Shown: positions 1 to 10,143, counted from the stretch's first letter. The stretch: 64,000 bases of DNA from Candidatus Parcubacteria bacterium (GCA_026395685.1 JAPLYG010000006.1:4943-68942); one strand, 5' to 3'. The notes: a model not told the origin generated them from the letters alone. Translations and numbers: made by a program.

Positions 1-41
1 ATGTACTCAACAAACTCTTGGTCAGCGAATTTTGCAGCCAT
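1..41 (-). CDS. khpA: KH-domain RNA-binding protein KhpA, 5' end only (runs off the window)
   Basis: Minus-strand ATG at 41 reads MAAKFADQEFVEY, typical of the KhpA N-terminus; lies downstream of rpsP as in the usual rpsP-khpA synteny. Confidence 0.7.
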   Translation of the reverse strand, partial: MAAKFADQEFVEY

Positions 42-149
42 AGTTTTAAAATCCTTGAGCCTTTTAATACGGAAATACCGATTAAAAGCATTAATTCTTA
101 AGATCTTCCGCTATTACTAAGCTCTCGCGAGCTTCTAGCAGATACACTA

Positions 150-177
150 ATTATAGCATATCTACGGAAAAAGTCAA
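150..177 (-). promoter_or_regulatory. sigma70 promoter for khpA
   Basis: Minus strand TTGACT-N16-TATAAT with TG extended -10. Confidence 0.65.
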
Positions 178-329
178 CCCCGCTTTTTGCGAAAGGCGGG
201 GTCAATCCCTGGTTGCAGATCTATGTATTTATAAACGTGATGGCAGCGCGACGAAAACAGCTCTTTCCCGAAAAGAAAAAACCCGCTTGCCAGCCGCGAG
301 CGGATTTTGTGTTAAGTCGTGTTTCGTTT

Positions 330-902
330 TTATTGAGGAGAAAGCTTCAGAAAGCAAAGATTGTGTTTCCGGAGACAAGCTTTAATCTCCTCCATGGACT
401 TGGGGCCGAGGCCGTAAATCTGACGAAGCTCATTTTCATCAGCTATGGCCAGATCAAAGAGGCAAGTAATCCCCCAAAACTTTAGCCTTTTTGCCGTTCG
501 GCTGGACAGATTCAGCTCATCCAGGGGCTTAAAGGGATATTTCACCCGGGGGTACCCTGATCTGCGCAAAAAAATCCTTATACTATCTTCGCGCAGCAAA
601 ACCTGCGCAACTAACTTCTTTCCCCAAGGTGAATCAATTGCTACTCCTTGCCGAATTAACCAACGGCATCGCCTCAAAGCTTTTCTTTTGAGCTGACCAA
701 CATAGTTTCTGGAAATCTGAAGTTTTTCAGCGATTTCCTTGATTGACAAAGACTCGCAATCCAAGCCATAGTACAAGACAATGACTTGGCGCAGCTTGTA
801 GTCTAGCTGGCCCCAGATAACAGTGCGGGCTTCTTTCAAGAAAAGATTGTTAACTTGCAGATCAGCCCAAAAACCATCGAACCCAGTCTTTTTTTTCGTC
901 AT
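330..902 (-). CDS. sigma70 region 4 HTH plus RNA polymerase alpha-CTD domain protein
   Basis: LYYGLDCESLSIKEIAEKLQISRNYVGQLKRKALRR is sigma4-like; LDELNLSSRTAKRLKFWGI...LRQIYGLGPKSMEEI is alpha-CTD-like; GGAGG SD precedes the ATG at 902. Confidence 0.75.
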   Translation of the reverse strand: MTKKKTGFDGFWADLQVNNLFLKEARTVIWGQLDYKLRQVIVLYYGLDCESLSIKEIAEKLQISRNYVGQLKRKALRRCRWLIRQGVAIDSPWGKKLVAQVLLREDSIRIFLRRSGYPRVKYPFKPLDELNLSSRTAKRLKFWGITCLFDLAIADENELRQIYGLGPKSMEEIKACLRKHNLCFLKLSPQ

Positions 903-1135
903 GTTAAACACCTCCATTCCCGATTTTATACATTATCTTAATTTGGCACAGATGTCAATGGGATATAGCCGTTAGTTTGTGGCTTATGGCAGCCGGTTTA
1001 GTCTATGGTATTTGGTTATTGGTATATGACTAAAGACCTAAAACTTACAACTAAACTGGCAGCCCAGACCACCAACTATAAACTAACACAAAAAAACAAC
1101 CCCGCGTCGCGAAGTTGTTTTTTATATAAGAAATA

Positions 1136-1480
1136 TTATTCTGCTTTTGGAGCTTCAGCTGCGGGAGCCGGTTCATTCTTTTTTTTCTTATCAGCTATTT
1201 TAGCAGCACGCTTTTTACTAATTAAAGTAACTTTCTTTTTCTTGCCTTCAACCATACCTTTATCTACCAGTATATTCCAAATGGTAGCTGATGGTTCGGC
1301 ACCCTGAGACAACCAATACTTTACTCTGTCCGCATTTAATTTCAGCTCTTTGGATCGGGGATTGTAATTGCCTAAGTTTTCCAAATATTTACCCCAGGGA
1401 TCTTTTTCTTTTTGAGTTACTAAAACCTTAAAATATGCCTGTTTTTTCTTGCCTGTTCGTGATAAAATAATTTTTAACAT
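1136..1480 (-). CDS. rpsP: 30S ribosomal protein S16
   Basis: MLKIILSRTGKKKQAYFKV...LGNYNP...YWLSQGAEPSAT; start moved to the ATG at 1480. Confidence 0.95.
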   Translation of the reverse strand: MLKIILSRTGKKKQAYFKVLVTQKEKDPWGKYLENLGNYNPRSKELKLNADRVKYWLSQGAEPSATIWNILVDKGMVEGKKKKVTLISKKRAAKIADKKKKNEPAPAAEAPKAE

Positions 1481-1629
1481 AAATCTTAATTGTTTAAAAA
1501 AATAAGCCCTTAAATGGCTCGCATAGTATAGCACTAGCCCCAAGGGGGCCCCTTAGGGGCTGATTATTTGTTAGTAATTACTATAATACATAAGAAAATC
1601 ATTGGCGTCAAGGGATTTAGGCTAAGATA

Positions 1630-1658
1630 TTGACAAATGACAAATTTTATGCTATAAT
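1630..1658 (+). promoter_or_regulatory. sigma70 promoter
   Basis: TTGACA-N17-TATAAT (TGC extended -10), 19 nt before the ATG at 1678. Confidence 0.75.
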
Positions 1659-1677
1659 CGAAAGAATAATAATATAT

Positions 1678-3738
1678 ATGATTTTTAAGCATAAACTCAT
1701 CCAAAAACTCATACTTAGCCTGACAATATTTACTATTGTTTGTGGTTTTGTTTTACCCGGCCAAACCCTGGCGCAAAGTGATACAGGCTACCCGAAAATT
1801 GCCAACTATTATATTGCCTGGGATGTATCTGATGAGCAGGCCAAAGAACTAGCCAAATGGGACGTTGTAATTTTGGCTCCTCAGGCAGCTGAAAGAAATC
1901 CGGACTTAATTGATATTATACGCAAAAATAATCCTCAGATTAAAATATTAGTCTACTCAATTGCCGTTGATATTAACTATACGGTAATTACAGAGAGCCC
2001 TCTTTACCAGCGAGTTTATCCTAAAATTCAGGAAAATGACTGGTGGCTTTATGATATGAATGGCCAACATTTAAGCAATTGGCCAAATTGCTGGGTAATA
2101 AACCCAGCCCGAAATGCACCTCGCATTAACGGACAAAATTGGTCAGATTATCTGCCACAGCACGTTTATAATGAATTTTTTAAAGACAATAAATATGACG
2201 GCGTATTTTTTGATAATGTCTGGCCGTCAGTTTCTTGGATTTCACAAAACGTTGACCTTGATCGCAATGGCCAGGCAGACAGCGCCAGTGAACGTGATGC
2301 CAGCTGGATGGAAGGTTTAAATTATATTTTAACAGAAACCAGACGCTTAGCGCCGAATAAAATTATCATGGTTAATAATACTGGTAATTATTATAATTCA
2401 AAATTAAACGGCAGAATGCAGGAAATGTTTCCTAATAATAATGAAGGCGGCTGGACAGGGTCTATGAAAAACTATTTAAATGACGGACTGGGATATCAGC
2501 CTGAATATTTTGTTATTAACGGCGGTACTAAAAACACAGGCAACAAATTTAATTTAACAAATTTTCGTTTAAGCTTAACTTCGACATTACTTGGAGACGG
2601 CTTTTATAGCTTTGATTATGGAGACCAGGATCACGGCAGTATCTGGTGGTACGACGAATATGACGTAAACTTAGGTAACCCAATCTCAAGCCCCAAAAAT
2701 GTTTTGGAACAAAGCACTGAAATCAAGCCCAGTGTCTGGCAGCGTGATTTTCAAAACGGCATTGTACTGGTAAATTCTACGGATAATGAACAGAAAGTAA
2801 CCCTGCCAACTGAATATGAAAAAATCAAAGGCACTCAGGATAAAACTGTAAATAACGGAGCGATCGTCAAAAATGTCAAACTTAATCCTGACGACGGACT
2901 AATTTTATTGCGCCGAATTCAGGATATTAAAAACGCGCCATATTATAACGGTTCTTTTGTCCGTGTCTTTAATAAAAGAGGCGAAACTGAAAGAAACGGC
3001 TTTTTCTTATACGACAAACAATATAAAGGCAATTATATGATTGCCAAAAAAGATATTAATAAGGACGGAAAATTTGAAACTATAGTTGCTAATGGCGGAA
3101 AAATTACCATTTATAACGAGGATAATACAAGCCTGACTGCTTTCTATCCTTATGGCGACAAATATAACAAAGGCTTAAACTTTAGCCTTAGCGATTTTGA
3201 AAATGACGGTTATGTTGAAATAATTACCGGCACAGGCAAAGGCTATGCTCCTCTTGTTAAGGTCTTCAATTCTAACGGGGAAGAACAGGGCACCGGCTTT
3301 TATGCCTATGCCAAATCATATCTTGGCGGAGTTAATGTTGCTGTATGTTCCACTCAAGGCAATGGCAATAAAGAAATAGTTACCGGAACCGGTTTTATGG
3401 GAGGATCTCAGGTAAGAATTTTTGATAAAAACGGCAAAGTCTTGTCCGGCGGATTTTTCGCCTACGGCAAAACATTTCGCGGCGGAGTTAATGTCGCCTG
3501 CGGCGATATTGACGGCAACGGCAAGGATGAAATTGTAACCGGAGCCGGCTATGGCGGCAGTTCCCATGTGCGAATTTTTAACAGTAAATTTGAAGCTTTA
3601 AGCCCGGGATTTTTTGCCTTTGGCAAGGACAGTAAAACTGGCGTCAGAGTCTTTTTATCTGATATTGATAATAACGGCATCCAAGAAATTTTAACCGCGA
3701 CTCCGGATGTGTTTATGTCTGCATTCGCTAATAATTAA
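1678..3738 (+). CDS. Secreted putative glycoside hydrolase (TIM barrel) with C-terminal FG-GAP repeats
   Basis: Signal peptide; YDGVFFDN motif; repeated FFAY..GGVNVA.GDIDGNGKDEIVTG motifs. Confidence 0.7.
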   Translation: MIFKHKLIQKLILSLTIFTIVCGFVLPGQTLAQSDTGYPKIANYYIAWDVSDEQAKELAKWDVVILAPQAAERNPDLIDIIRKNNPQIKILVYSIAVDINYTVITESPLYQRVYPKIQENDWWLYDMNGQHLSNWPNCWVINPARNAPRINGQNWSDYLPQHVYNEFFKDNKYDGVFFDNVWPSVSWISQNVDLDRNGQADSASERDASWMEGLNYILTETRRLAPNKIIMVNNTGNYYNSKLNGRMQEMFPNNNEGGWTGSMKNYLNDGLGYQPEYFVINGGTKNTGNKFNLTNFRLSLTSTLLGDGFYSFDYGDQDHGSIWWYDEYDVNLGNPISSPKNVLEQSTEIKPSVWQRDFQNGIVLVNSTDNEQKVTLPTEYEKIKGTQDKTVNNGAIVKNVKLNPDDGLILLRRIQDIKNAPYYNGSFVRVFNKRGETERNGFFLYDKQYKGNYMIAKKDINKDGKFETIVANGGKITIYNEDNTSLTAFYPYGDKYNKGLNFSLSDFENDGYVEIITGTGKGYAPLVKVFNSNGEEQGTGFYAYAKSYLGGVNVAVCSTQGNGNKEIVTGTGFMGGSQVRIFDKNGKVLSGGFFAYGKTFRGGVNVACGDIDGNGKDEIVTGAGYGGSSHVRIFNSKFEALSPGFFAFGKDSKTGVRVFLSDIDNNGIQEILTATPDVFMSAFANN

Positions 3739-3764
3739 TAACGTGTTAAAATGAAAGTAACGAT

Positions 3765-5645
3765 ATGTTAACCAACCCAAACGACAAAAAAGATATTATC
3801 AGGGTTCAGCCTAAACCGGTTGAAAATGTAAAAAAAGCCGCTGCTACAAGTGTCGGCGGACTTAAGATTGGCAATGTTCAAACTTTAAACCTGATTGTTG
3901 AGCCTTTGAAAAAAAGATATGAAACTCATTATAAAAAAGACAAGATGCATTTAATTGTGGACCTTGTTTTAGGTGCAATTATTTTAATATTATTGGGCGT
4001 TATGGTAAACCTTTGGATTTTTAGCCGCAGCCGCATCAATTTAATGGATTTTAAAGTTAGCTCCAGCCCTGAAAATCTGGTTAATGGCCAGGAAACTGAA
4101 TTTACCATTGATTATACCAATACCTCCAAAGACGAACTGCACAATGTTACCCTTATTTTTAAAACACCAACTGGTTTAAATAATCCCCAGTACAGCACTC
4201 TGGATTTTGACCTTAAAAACAATACTTTAAAAATAGGAGACCTGGCAGAAAACGCTCATGGCCAATTTAAAGTTAAAGGCTTGCTTTTAGGCAACTACAA
4301 TGACAAGCAGGAATTTATTGCCGCCATTACTTACCAAAATAAATACGGCCAGACCAGCCAGGAATTTTTTAACCAGCAATTTGCTTTAACTGACTCCGTA
4401 ATAAAAACAGAGCTTAAGGTTCCTGAACGTGTTATTAGTAACGGCATTTTTACAGCCAATTTAAATTTAAATAATATTTCCACTTTCAATCTTGAAACCG
4501 TTAAAATAAAAATTGACGGACCTGCTAATTTTAATCTGCGCCAGGTCAAGCTGGATAAAGTCGGCGCCAATACTTATTTAATCGGCAAATTGGCTGCCGG
4601 CCAGAATTTTTCACAGGATTTTTCAGCCAAAATTCTTGGAAGCAAAGAAACCAGCGCCACGGTTTCCACTGAAATCATTGCGACCTATAATAACGAGGAA
4701 TTTGTTTTATATAAAATTGATAATACTATAACTACCAGTATCTCAAATTTAAAATTGGGATTTTTGAATCTGGACGCTAACCGCAATATTGCTCCGGGAG
4801 GCACAACTACTTATACTTTGTATTATAAAAATAATGAGGATTACACCCTGCAAAATGTGGAATTAGGCTTGGCTTTATCTGGTGATTACGCTGATACCAG
4901 TTATTTGGCGAAAAGCTATAAAGCTAGTCAGGGTAATACTGTATTTTTTGGACAAAAAGATTATCCTGAACTGGCCAAGGTTGAACCTGGAAAAGAAGGC
5001 CAAATTCAAATTAAAGTTGCTGCTAAATCAAATATTGTTTTTTTGCAATTCTTAGAAACCGGCTATAAGCTGGAAGCTACGGTTTTAGCGAACTATGATG
5101 ATCCGGAATTAAAAACCAGAGTAACCTTGGAAGGCGAACCTATTTATACCAATGTAGATTCTGATTTAAATTTAAAAACCACAGCAATGTTTTATACCAG
5201 CCAGGGTGACCAAATCGGAGTAGGCAATATACCGCCAATAGTAGGGGAATACACCTCATACTGGGCAATCATTAAAATAAATAATACTAATAATAAAATT
5301 AAAGACTTAAAAGTTACAGCCAAGGTACCGGCTGGCATTGAGTTTACAAATATCTATAATGTCACTGACGGCGAACAAATAAAATATAATGAGGCAACCG
5401 GACAAATTGAATGGAATGTGGCCAATGTCAATGCCTTTGCCGGTATTTTCAGCGCTTCACCTGAAGCCCGCATCCAGCTGGCAATTACTCCGACTGAAAA
5501 TCAAATTGGTAAAAGCCCGTTATTACTAACCGATATTAAAGCTCTGGCAACTGATGCGGTTACTGGCTCATTTTTATCAGCCAGCGGCCAAAATATTAGT
5601 ATCGCGATCTTTGATGATCCAAGCTTAAACAAGGTGACGCCTTAA
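3765..5645 (+). CDS. Membrane-anchored Ig-like (DUF11-like) surface protein
   Basis: Single N-terminal TM helix followed by beta-rich repeats (e.g. PGGTTTYTLYYKN). Confidence 0.55.
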   Translation: MLTNPNDKKDIIRVQPKPVENVKKAAATSVGGLKIGNVQTLNLIVEPLKKRYETHYKKDKMHLIVDLVLGAIILILLGVMVNLWIFSRSRINLMDFKVSSSPENLVNGQETEFTIDYTNTSKDELHNVTLIFKTPTGLNNPQYSTLDFDLKNNTLKIGDLAENAHGQFKVKGLLLGNYNDKQEFIAAITYQNKYGQTSQEFFNQQFALTDSVIKTELKVPERVISNGIFTANLNLNNISTFNLETVKIKIDGPANFNLRQVKLDKVGANTYLIGKLAAGQNFSQDFSAKILGSKETSATVSTEIIATYNNEEFVLYKIDNTITTSISNLKLGFLNLDANRNIAPGGTTTYTLYYKNNEDYTLQNVELGLALSGDYADTSYLAKSYKASQGNTVFFGQKDYPELAKVEPGKEGQIQIKVAAKSNIVFLQFLETGYKLEATVLANYDDPELKTRVTLEGEPIYTNVDSDLNLKTTAMFYTSQGDQIGVGNIPPIVGEYTSYWAIIKINNTNNKIKDLKVTAKVPAGIEFTNIYNVTDGEQIKYNEATGQIEWNVANVNAFAGIFSASPEARIQLAITPTENQIGKSPLLLTDIKALATDAVTGSFLSASGQNISIAIFDDPSLNKVTP

Positions 5646-5663
5646 CAAAGGGAGGACAGCGAA

Positions 5664-5903
5664 ATGAAAGCATCCGAGAAGAGAGTTCCCAAAGACCCCG
5701 ACCTTGATGCTCTAGACTATGGGCTGATTGGCTGGGGTCTAGCCCAACTGGCAACACTTTTAATTATTGCACTTATACAGTTGTACTTTTACATTTCTGG
5801 AAGGACCAATCCCTTAAGCCCAAACGAATACTTCTTGTACGCATTTCTCATCAGCGTAGCTGTCGGCTTCTTCTGCAACTGGAAAGCCGAGTCAACAAAA
5901 TGA
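5664..5903 (+). CDS. Small 2-TM hypothetical protein
   Basis: GGGAGG SD; two hydrophobic segments; GC hairpin plus T-run at ~5911-5942. Confidence 0.6.
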   Translation: MKASEKRVPKDPDLDALDYGLIGWGLAQLATLLIIALIQLYFYISGRTNPLSPNEYFLYAFLISVAVGFFCNWKAESTK

Positions 5904-5946
5904 ACCATTCCGCCGAGGTCACCCGACCGCGGCGGCTTTTTTATTG

Positions 5947-6082
5947 CTACTAATATACTAATTAACTACTAATCTACTAATAAAAGAAATTCCCCCGTGA
6001 AATGGTTGACTAATTGGTAATTTAAATGTACTATTCGTATATTCGTAGCAAATTAGTAGATTAGTAACAGTAGATTAGTAAC
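5947..6082. repeat. Inverted TACTAAT/ATTAGTA repeat element without a gene
   Basis: tactaatctactaat (left) is the reverse complement of attagtagattagta (right). Confidence 0.65.
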
Positions 6083-6202
6083 ATATGAGGAATTACGCCC
6101 AAAAAACCAATAAACAAATGACACGATATCGTACTTCGAGTACGTTTAGAGGTAATGTTAAATTTTTGCAAAAGCCGGTGCCGAAGAACTTCTCCCAACA
6201 TC

Positions 6203-6326
6203 CAATCATCAATAATCAATCATCAAACAAATTTTAACCTCCAAAATCAAATTACCCAATATGTTTGGGATTCATTATTTATATATTAGATATTGTTTGA
6301 TTATTGAGATTTGATTATTGATTATT
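6203..6326. repeat. Empty inverted AATCAAT-heptamer element (same arms as the 61.6-62.1 kb element)
   Basis: aatcatcaataatcaatcatcaaacaa ... ttgtttgattattgagatttgattattgatt. Confidence 0.75.
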
Positions 6327-6380
6327 ATCCAAGCAACCTCATATAACCTAATAAAACTTAATATAACGTCATACAACCTT

Positions 6381-7691
6381 ATGCAATACACCTACACTAC
6401 AAAAAAACTCCCCAAATCCCAGCTCGAAATCAATGTTACTGTGCTTCATGACGAACTGGCTCCTTTTTTAAAAAAAGCAGCTGAAGAAATTTCCCAACAG
6501 ACAAAAATCGAAGGGTTTCGTCCCGGCAAAGTACCTTACGAAGTATTAAAGCAAAGAATAGGCGAGGTAAAAATTTACGAAGAGGCGGCAATGATGGCTG
6601 TTGAAAAATCATACATTGAAATCGGGACCAAGGAAAAATTTGAACCCCTGGGCTCACCTAAGATTGATCTGGAAAAATTAGCGCCGGGGAATGATTTGAT
6701 TTATAAGGCAACTGTTGATTTAATTCCTGAAGTAAGGGTAGGAGACTTTAAGGCCATTAAAATTAAAGAGAAATTAATCAATATTACAAAAGAACAAATC
6801 GATAAAGTAGTTGATGAAGTCAGAGAAATGAGAGCAACTGAGGTCTTAGATAAAAAAGCAGTAGAAATGGGAGATAAAGTTGAACTAGATTTTGAAGTCT
6901 TGCGCGACAAAGTTCCGATCGACGGCGGGTCTCAAAAAAAATACCCCCTGGTTATCGGCACCGGTCAATTTATCCCGGGCTTTGAAGAAAATTTAGTCGG
7001 CTTAAAGACAGAGGAAGAAAAAGAATTTGAATTAACTTTTCCGGAAAAATATCATAATAAAAATCTGGCTGGCAAACCTGCAACCTTTAAAGTTAAAATC
7101 CTGGCTGTATATAAAAGAACTTTGCCTGAAGCTAATGATGACTTTGCCAAATCCCTGGGACAAGATACCATGGATAAACTGAAAGCTTCAATTGAACATA
7201 ATCTGGAGCACGAAGAACATCACAAGGAAGAAGAAAGAATCGAAATCGAAATGCTGGAAAAAATAATTGACAAATCAACCTTTGAAGAAATTCCTGATGT
7301 TTTGGTCACGGCTGAAACCAATAAAATGATTCAGGAAATGGAGGCTAACATTCTGCGCGAGGGTATGAAATTTGAAGATTATCTTAAACACCTGGGTAAA
7401 ACTCGCGATCAGCTAAAACTTGATTTTGTGCCTCAGGCGATTAAAAGAGTAAAAAGCGCTTTGCTAATCAGAAGTATTTTTTTAAGTGAAAAAATGGAAA
7501 TACCGGAACATGAAGTTGATGTCGAGCTTGAATCGCTGACTCATGCTTACCAGACTTATCCGGAAATGATAAAAAATATTCAAACGCCTCAATATCGGGA
7601 ATATGTCCGTAATATGGTCGGCAATCACAAAGTCATGAACCTATTAAAGGCAGCCTGCATTGAAAGAACAAACCCGGAACATAAATGTTAA
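6381..7691 (+). CDS. tig: Trigger factor
   Basis: IEGFRPGKVP ribosome-binding motif; FKBP domain GQFIPGFEENLVG; start at the ATG at 6381. Confidence 0.95.
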   Translation: MQYTYTTKKLPKSQLEINVTVLHDELAPFLKKAAEEISQQTKIEGFRPGKVPYEVLKQRIGEVKIYEEAAMMAVEKSYIEIGTKEKFEPLGSPKIDLEKLAPGNDLIYKATVDLIPEVRVGDFKAIKIKEKLINITKEQIDKVVDEVREMRATEVLDKKAVEMGDKVELDFEVLRDKVPIDGGSQKKYPLVIGTGQFIPGFEENLVGLKTEEEKEFELTFPEKYHNKNLAGKPATFKVKILAVYKRTLPEANDDFAKSLGQDTMDKLKASIEHNLEHEEHHKEEERIEIEMLEKIIDKSTFEEIPDVLVTAETNKMIQEMEANILREGMKFEDYLKHLGKTRDQLKLDFVPQAIKRVKSALLIRSIFLSEKMEIPEHEVDVELESLTHAYQTYPEMIKNIQTPQYREYVRNMVGNHKVMNLLKAACIERTNPEHKC

Positions 7692-7696
7692 AAAGA

Positions 7697-7730
7697 AAAG
7701 GGGACGCTAATTTACTGGCGTCTCTTTTTT
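7697..7730 (+). terminator. Intrinsic terminator after tig
   Basis: aaaaggggacgcta...tggcgtctctttttt. Confidence 0.7.
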
Positions 7731-7733
7731 GTC

Positions 7734-7850
7734 GGTGAACAGTGAATTGGTTAAGAGGCTGGTAGGTGATTGGGGTAAGTGTAAGGTGTTTCAGGGACTC
7801 AACACCTAACCATTACACTTACTAGCATCCAAACCCAAACACTTTGCACT
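7734..7850. repeat. Dispersed palindromic element family A, copy 1
   Basis: ggttaagaggctggtaggtg ... cacttactagcatccaaacc. Confidence 0.75.
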
Positions 7851-7852
7851 CT

Positions 7853-7920
7853 GGCTAATATTAGCCTCAACCTTGACAAAATACCATAATTGTGATACTA
7901 TAAGATGATTGCTCTTTAAT
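7853..7920 (+). promoter_or_regulatory. Palindrome plus sigma70 promoter plus boxA-like motif
   Basis: GGCTAATATTAGCC (7853-7866); TTGACA(7873)-N17-TACTAT; TGCTCTTTAAT (7910-7920). Confidence 0.65.
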
Positions 7921-8014
7921 AACTACAACATTTGATATCGCGGGAATTAGGCGGGCATTTAGCCCAGAGTCCGAAACTTTTGGTCGATTAACCGAAAAAA
8001 GAAGGAGACTGAAG

Positions 8015-8584
8015 ATGAAGAAAGGGATTTTGCTCTCATTGGTTCTGTTGGCTCTGACCATGTCCGCCGCAACCTGCGACGAAACGACAAACGGAAATAC
8101 TCAGTCCGGTCATCGCCCTGATCAGATCATTGTGCGGCTGGACAACGACACCATCACCGACCTCGTTATTGGCGACATGATTCCTCTGGTGAAATTCCAC
8201 GTCAGACCGACGACAGGCGGAATTCAAATCCTGTCTTTCAAGTTCGCTACTGTGGATTTCCCTCATCCCTACGAAGTCGGCTCCTGCGAATTGCAGGATG
8301 TTGACGGCAACAAACTTAACTACGGATCTACCGGTGGTTATTCTATCGAAGACCCCGATATCTGGCAATATACCGTCTACTTTGAAGAGAACCCCGAAGA
8401 CTACGGGGACATGTTCAACCCTGTTTACGTAGACGCTGTCGGACAATCTTTCATCCTGTCTTGCGATATCCTGTCGGAAAGGCCGATCGATATCGACTTA
8501 CTGGAAATTGATTACGACTCGAACGGCATCGAATACAAAATCGACCCGAACACCTCCCCGATTTTCGAAGTACACCTGGAGTAG
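8015..8584 (+). CDS. Putative lipoprotein/surface protein (paralogous to domains of 10144..11601)
   Basis: MKK-type signal peptide ending near Cys; shares KF.V...CxxQDxxGNKLN...F.LSC with the 485-aa protein; AAGGAG SD. Confidence 0.7.
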   Translation: MKKGILLSLVLLALTMSAATCDETTNGNTQSGHRPDQIIVRLDNDTITDLVIGDMIPLVKFHVRPTTGGIQILSFKFATVDFPHPYEVGSCELQDVDGNKLNYGSTGGYSIEDPDIWQYTVYFEENPEDYGDMFNPVYVDAVGQSFILSCDILSERPIDIDLLEIDYDSNGIEYKIDPNTSPIFEVHLE

Positions 8585-8599
8585 TGTCTTTCTTCTCCC

Positions 8600-8630
8600 G
8601 GGCGCGAAAACAACATCGCGCCCTTTTTTT
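8600..8630 (+). terminator. Intrinsic terminator (shared sequence, copy 1 of 3)
   Basis: gggcgcgaaaacaacatcgcgccc followed by T7. Confidence 0.85.
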
Positions 8631-8633
8631 ATT

Positions 8634-8860
8634 AGTGCATGGTGTGAGGGTAAAGAGGCTAGTAGGGAATTAGGTTAAGTATTTTAACACTCTCACACAA
8701 AACCCTTCACTTACCAGCATCCTAACCATAACCACTTTTATTAGTGAATGGTGGGGGTAAAGAGGCTGGTAGGTGTTAATTGTTTAGGTTAAGTATTTTA
8801 ACACTCTCTCACAACACCCTTCACTTACCAGCATCCCAACCATAACCATAACCCTAACCT
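8634..8860. repeat. Palindromic family A, two tandem copies
   Basis: ggtaaagaggct(a/g)gtagg ... cacttaccagcatcc repeated at ~8634-8738 and ~8742-8860. Confidence 0.8.
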
Positions 8861-8864
8861 TATA

Positions 8865-8912
8865 GCTAATATTAGCCCCTCTCTTGACATTTTATCCAAA
8901 ACGTGCTATACT
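8865..8912 (+). promoter_or_regulatory. Palindrome plus sigma70 promoter
   Basis: GCTAATATTAGC (8865-8876); TTGACA(8884)-N17-TATACT. Confidence 0.7.
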
Positions 8913-9019
8913 TTTATATTGCTGAACCTTAACAATAATGGTTAATAACCTTTGAAAATACGTCTTTTTGAGGCAAAAATCAACCAAAAAACGAAACACC
9001 TAAACAAAAGGAGTTCTAG

Positions 9020-9841
9020 ATGAAGAAAGCCATGATCGCTGTGTTCTGCCTGATGTTCGCCCTGTTCGCCAACGCCTGCATGTATGCCGGCGATGAAGGC
9101 GACAACAACAACAACATCACCATCAACGACGGCGATACCGTCGTCTACGAGACCGGCGCCCTGTACCACTTCACGGCCTACGCGGCCTATGGACAGGATG
9201 CCTGGCTCCAGATCCAGAACCTCGAAACCGACGAGTGGAACAGCGAGCTCATCACCGTAACGACCGAGACCATGTACCGATTCCTGGAACCGGGCGAGTA
9301 CCGGATCTGGATTTCGGGCGTCAATGGCGCTTTCGACTGGTACGGCCACATTTCCGTCCAGGAAAACGTGGTCACCGACGTCTACGCTGAGTTTCACGAG
9401 TACACCATGGTCAACATCTGGATGGCCAGCAACGCCAGCACGCCGAGCGGTATGAGTCCGATCGGCAACTATACCCAGGTGTTGAAGTTCGACCTGGCTC
9501 ACGACTACCCGGAAGCCATCTCGATTAACGACCTAGGATTTACCCTTTGGGCAAGTCCCACAGTCGTCATCGAAAGCGCAACCCTCTGGGTCGTCCGCGA
9601 AAACGGCTGGGAAGAGGTTGCGACCTCCGTGAATCTGGGAGATAACTTCTTCTACCTGGATCTCGGAAGGTTTGTCCCTCTTTATCCCGGCGTGACGCAG
9701 TTCATGCTCACCGCCGAGATCACCGGGGCTTATAACGGCGATGTTCTGCAGGCCGAAATGACGATGGCCGGCTACACCCCCGACATCTTCACCAGAGGCA
9801 ACTTCCAGTCCTTCGCCATCGGCAACATTCTCACCTTCTAA
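9020..9841 (+). CDS. Putative lipoprotein, GC-rich coding sequence
   Basis: Lipobox-like FANAC; AAGGAG SD; C-ending codon bias. Confidence 0.75.
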   Translation: MKKAMIAVFCLMFALFANACMYAGDEGDNNNNITINDGDTVVYETGALYHFTAYAAYGQDAWLQIQNLETDEWNSELITVTTETMYRFLEPGEYRIWISGVNGAFDWYGHISVQENVVTDVYAEFHEYTMVNIWMASNASTPSGMSPIGNYTQVLKFDLAHDYPEAISINDLGFTLWASPTVVIESATLWVVRENGWEEVATSVNLGDNFFYLDLGRFVPLYPGVTQFMLTAEITGAYNGDVLQAEMTMAGYTPDIFTRGNFQSFAIGNILTF

Positions 9842-9854
9842 ACAAACCCGCACA

Positions 9855-9886
9855 GGGCGCGAATACAACATCGCGCCCTTTTTTTT
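9855..9886 (+). terminator. Intrinsic terminator (shared sequence, copy 2)
   Basis: gggcgcgaatacaacatcgcgccc followed by T8. Confidence 0.85.
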
Positions 9887-10143
9887 ATTCGTTAAACGAT
9901 ATTTGGTACCTGCCTGTCGGCAGGTCGAAGTTCGTTACGTTTTTAGTCAATCGTTTTTTTGTCACTTTTAACGTTAACCTATTAACGTAACGGAAAACGA
10001 ATCTAATCTTAGCCATTGACTTATCCTTCTAAATATTCTATATTTATATATAACTGTTTTTTGAAAAAATTAGCCTTGGGCTATAAAGATAGATGGAACA
10101 AAGCAATGAATAAAAACCCTCAGATGAAAACAAGGAGCTTCAG

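Noticed and set aside
1005-1307. 100-aa plus-strand ORF
   Set aside because: Composed of an inverted repeat and the rpsP antisense strand.
6085-6237. 50-aa ORF (MRNYAQKT...) behind a TTGACT-N17-TACTAT promoter
   Set aside because: No recognisable motif and its 3' end is repeat sequence; more likely part of the tig leader.
8942-9502. Long antisense ORFs over GC-rich genes (also 8036..8446, 28051..28749, 42473..43246, 51389..51787)
   Set aside because: Shadow ORFs caused by codon bias; the sense genes have SD motifs, signal peptides and terminators.
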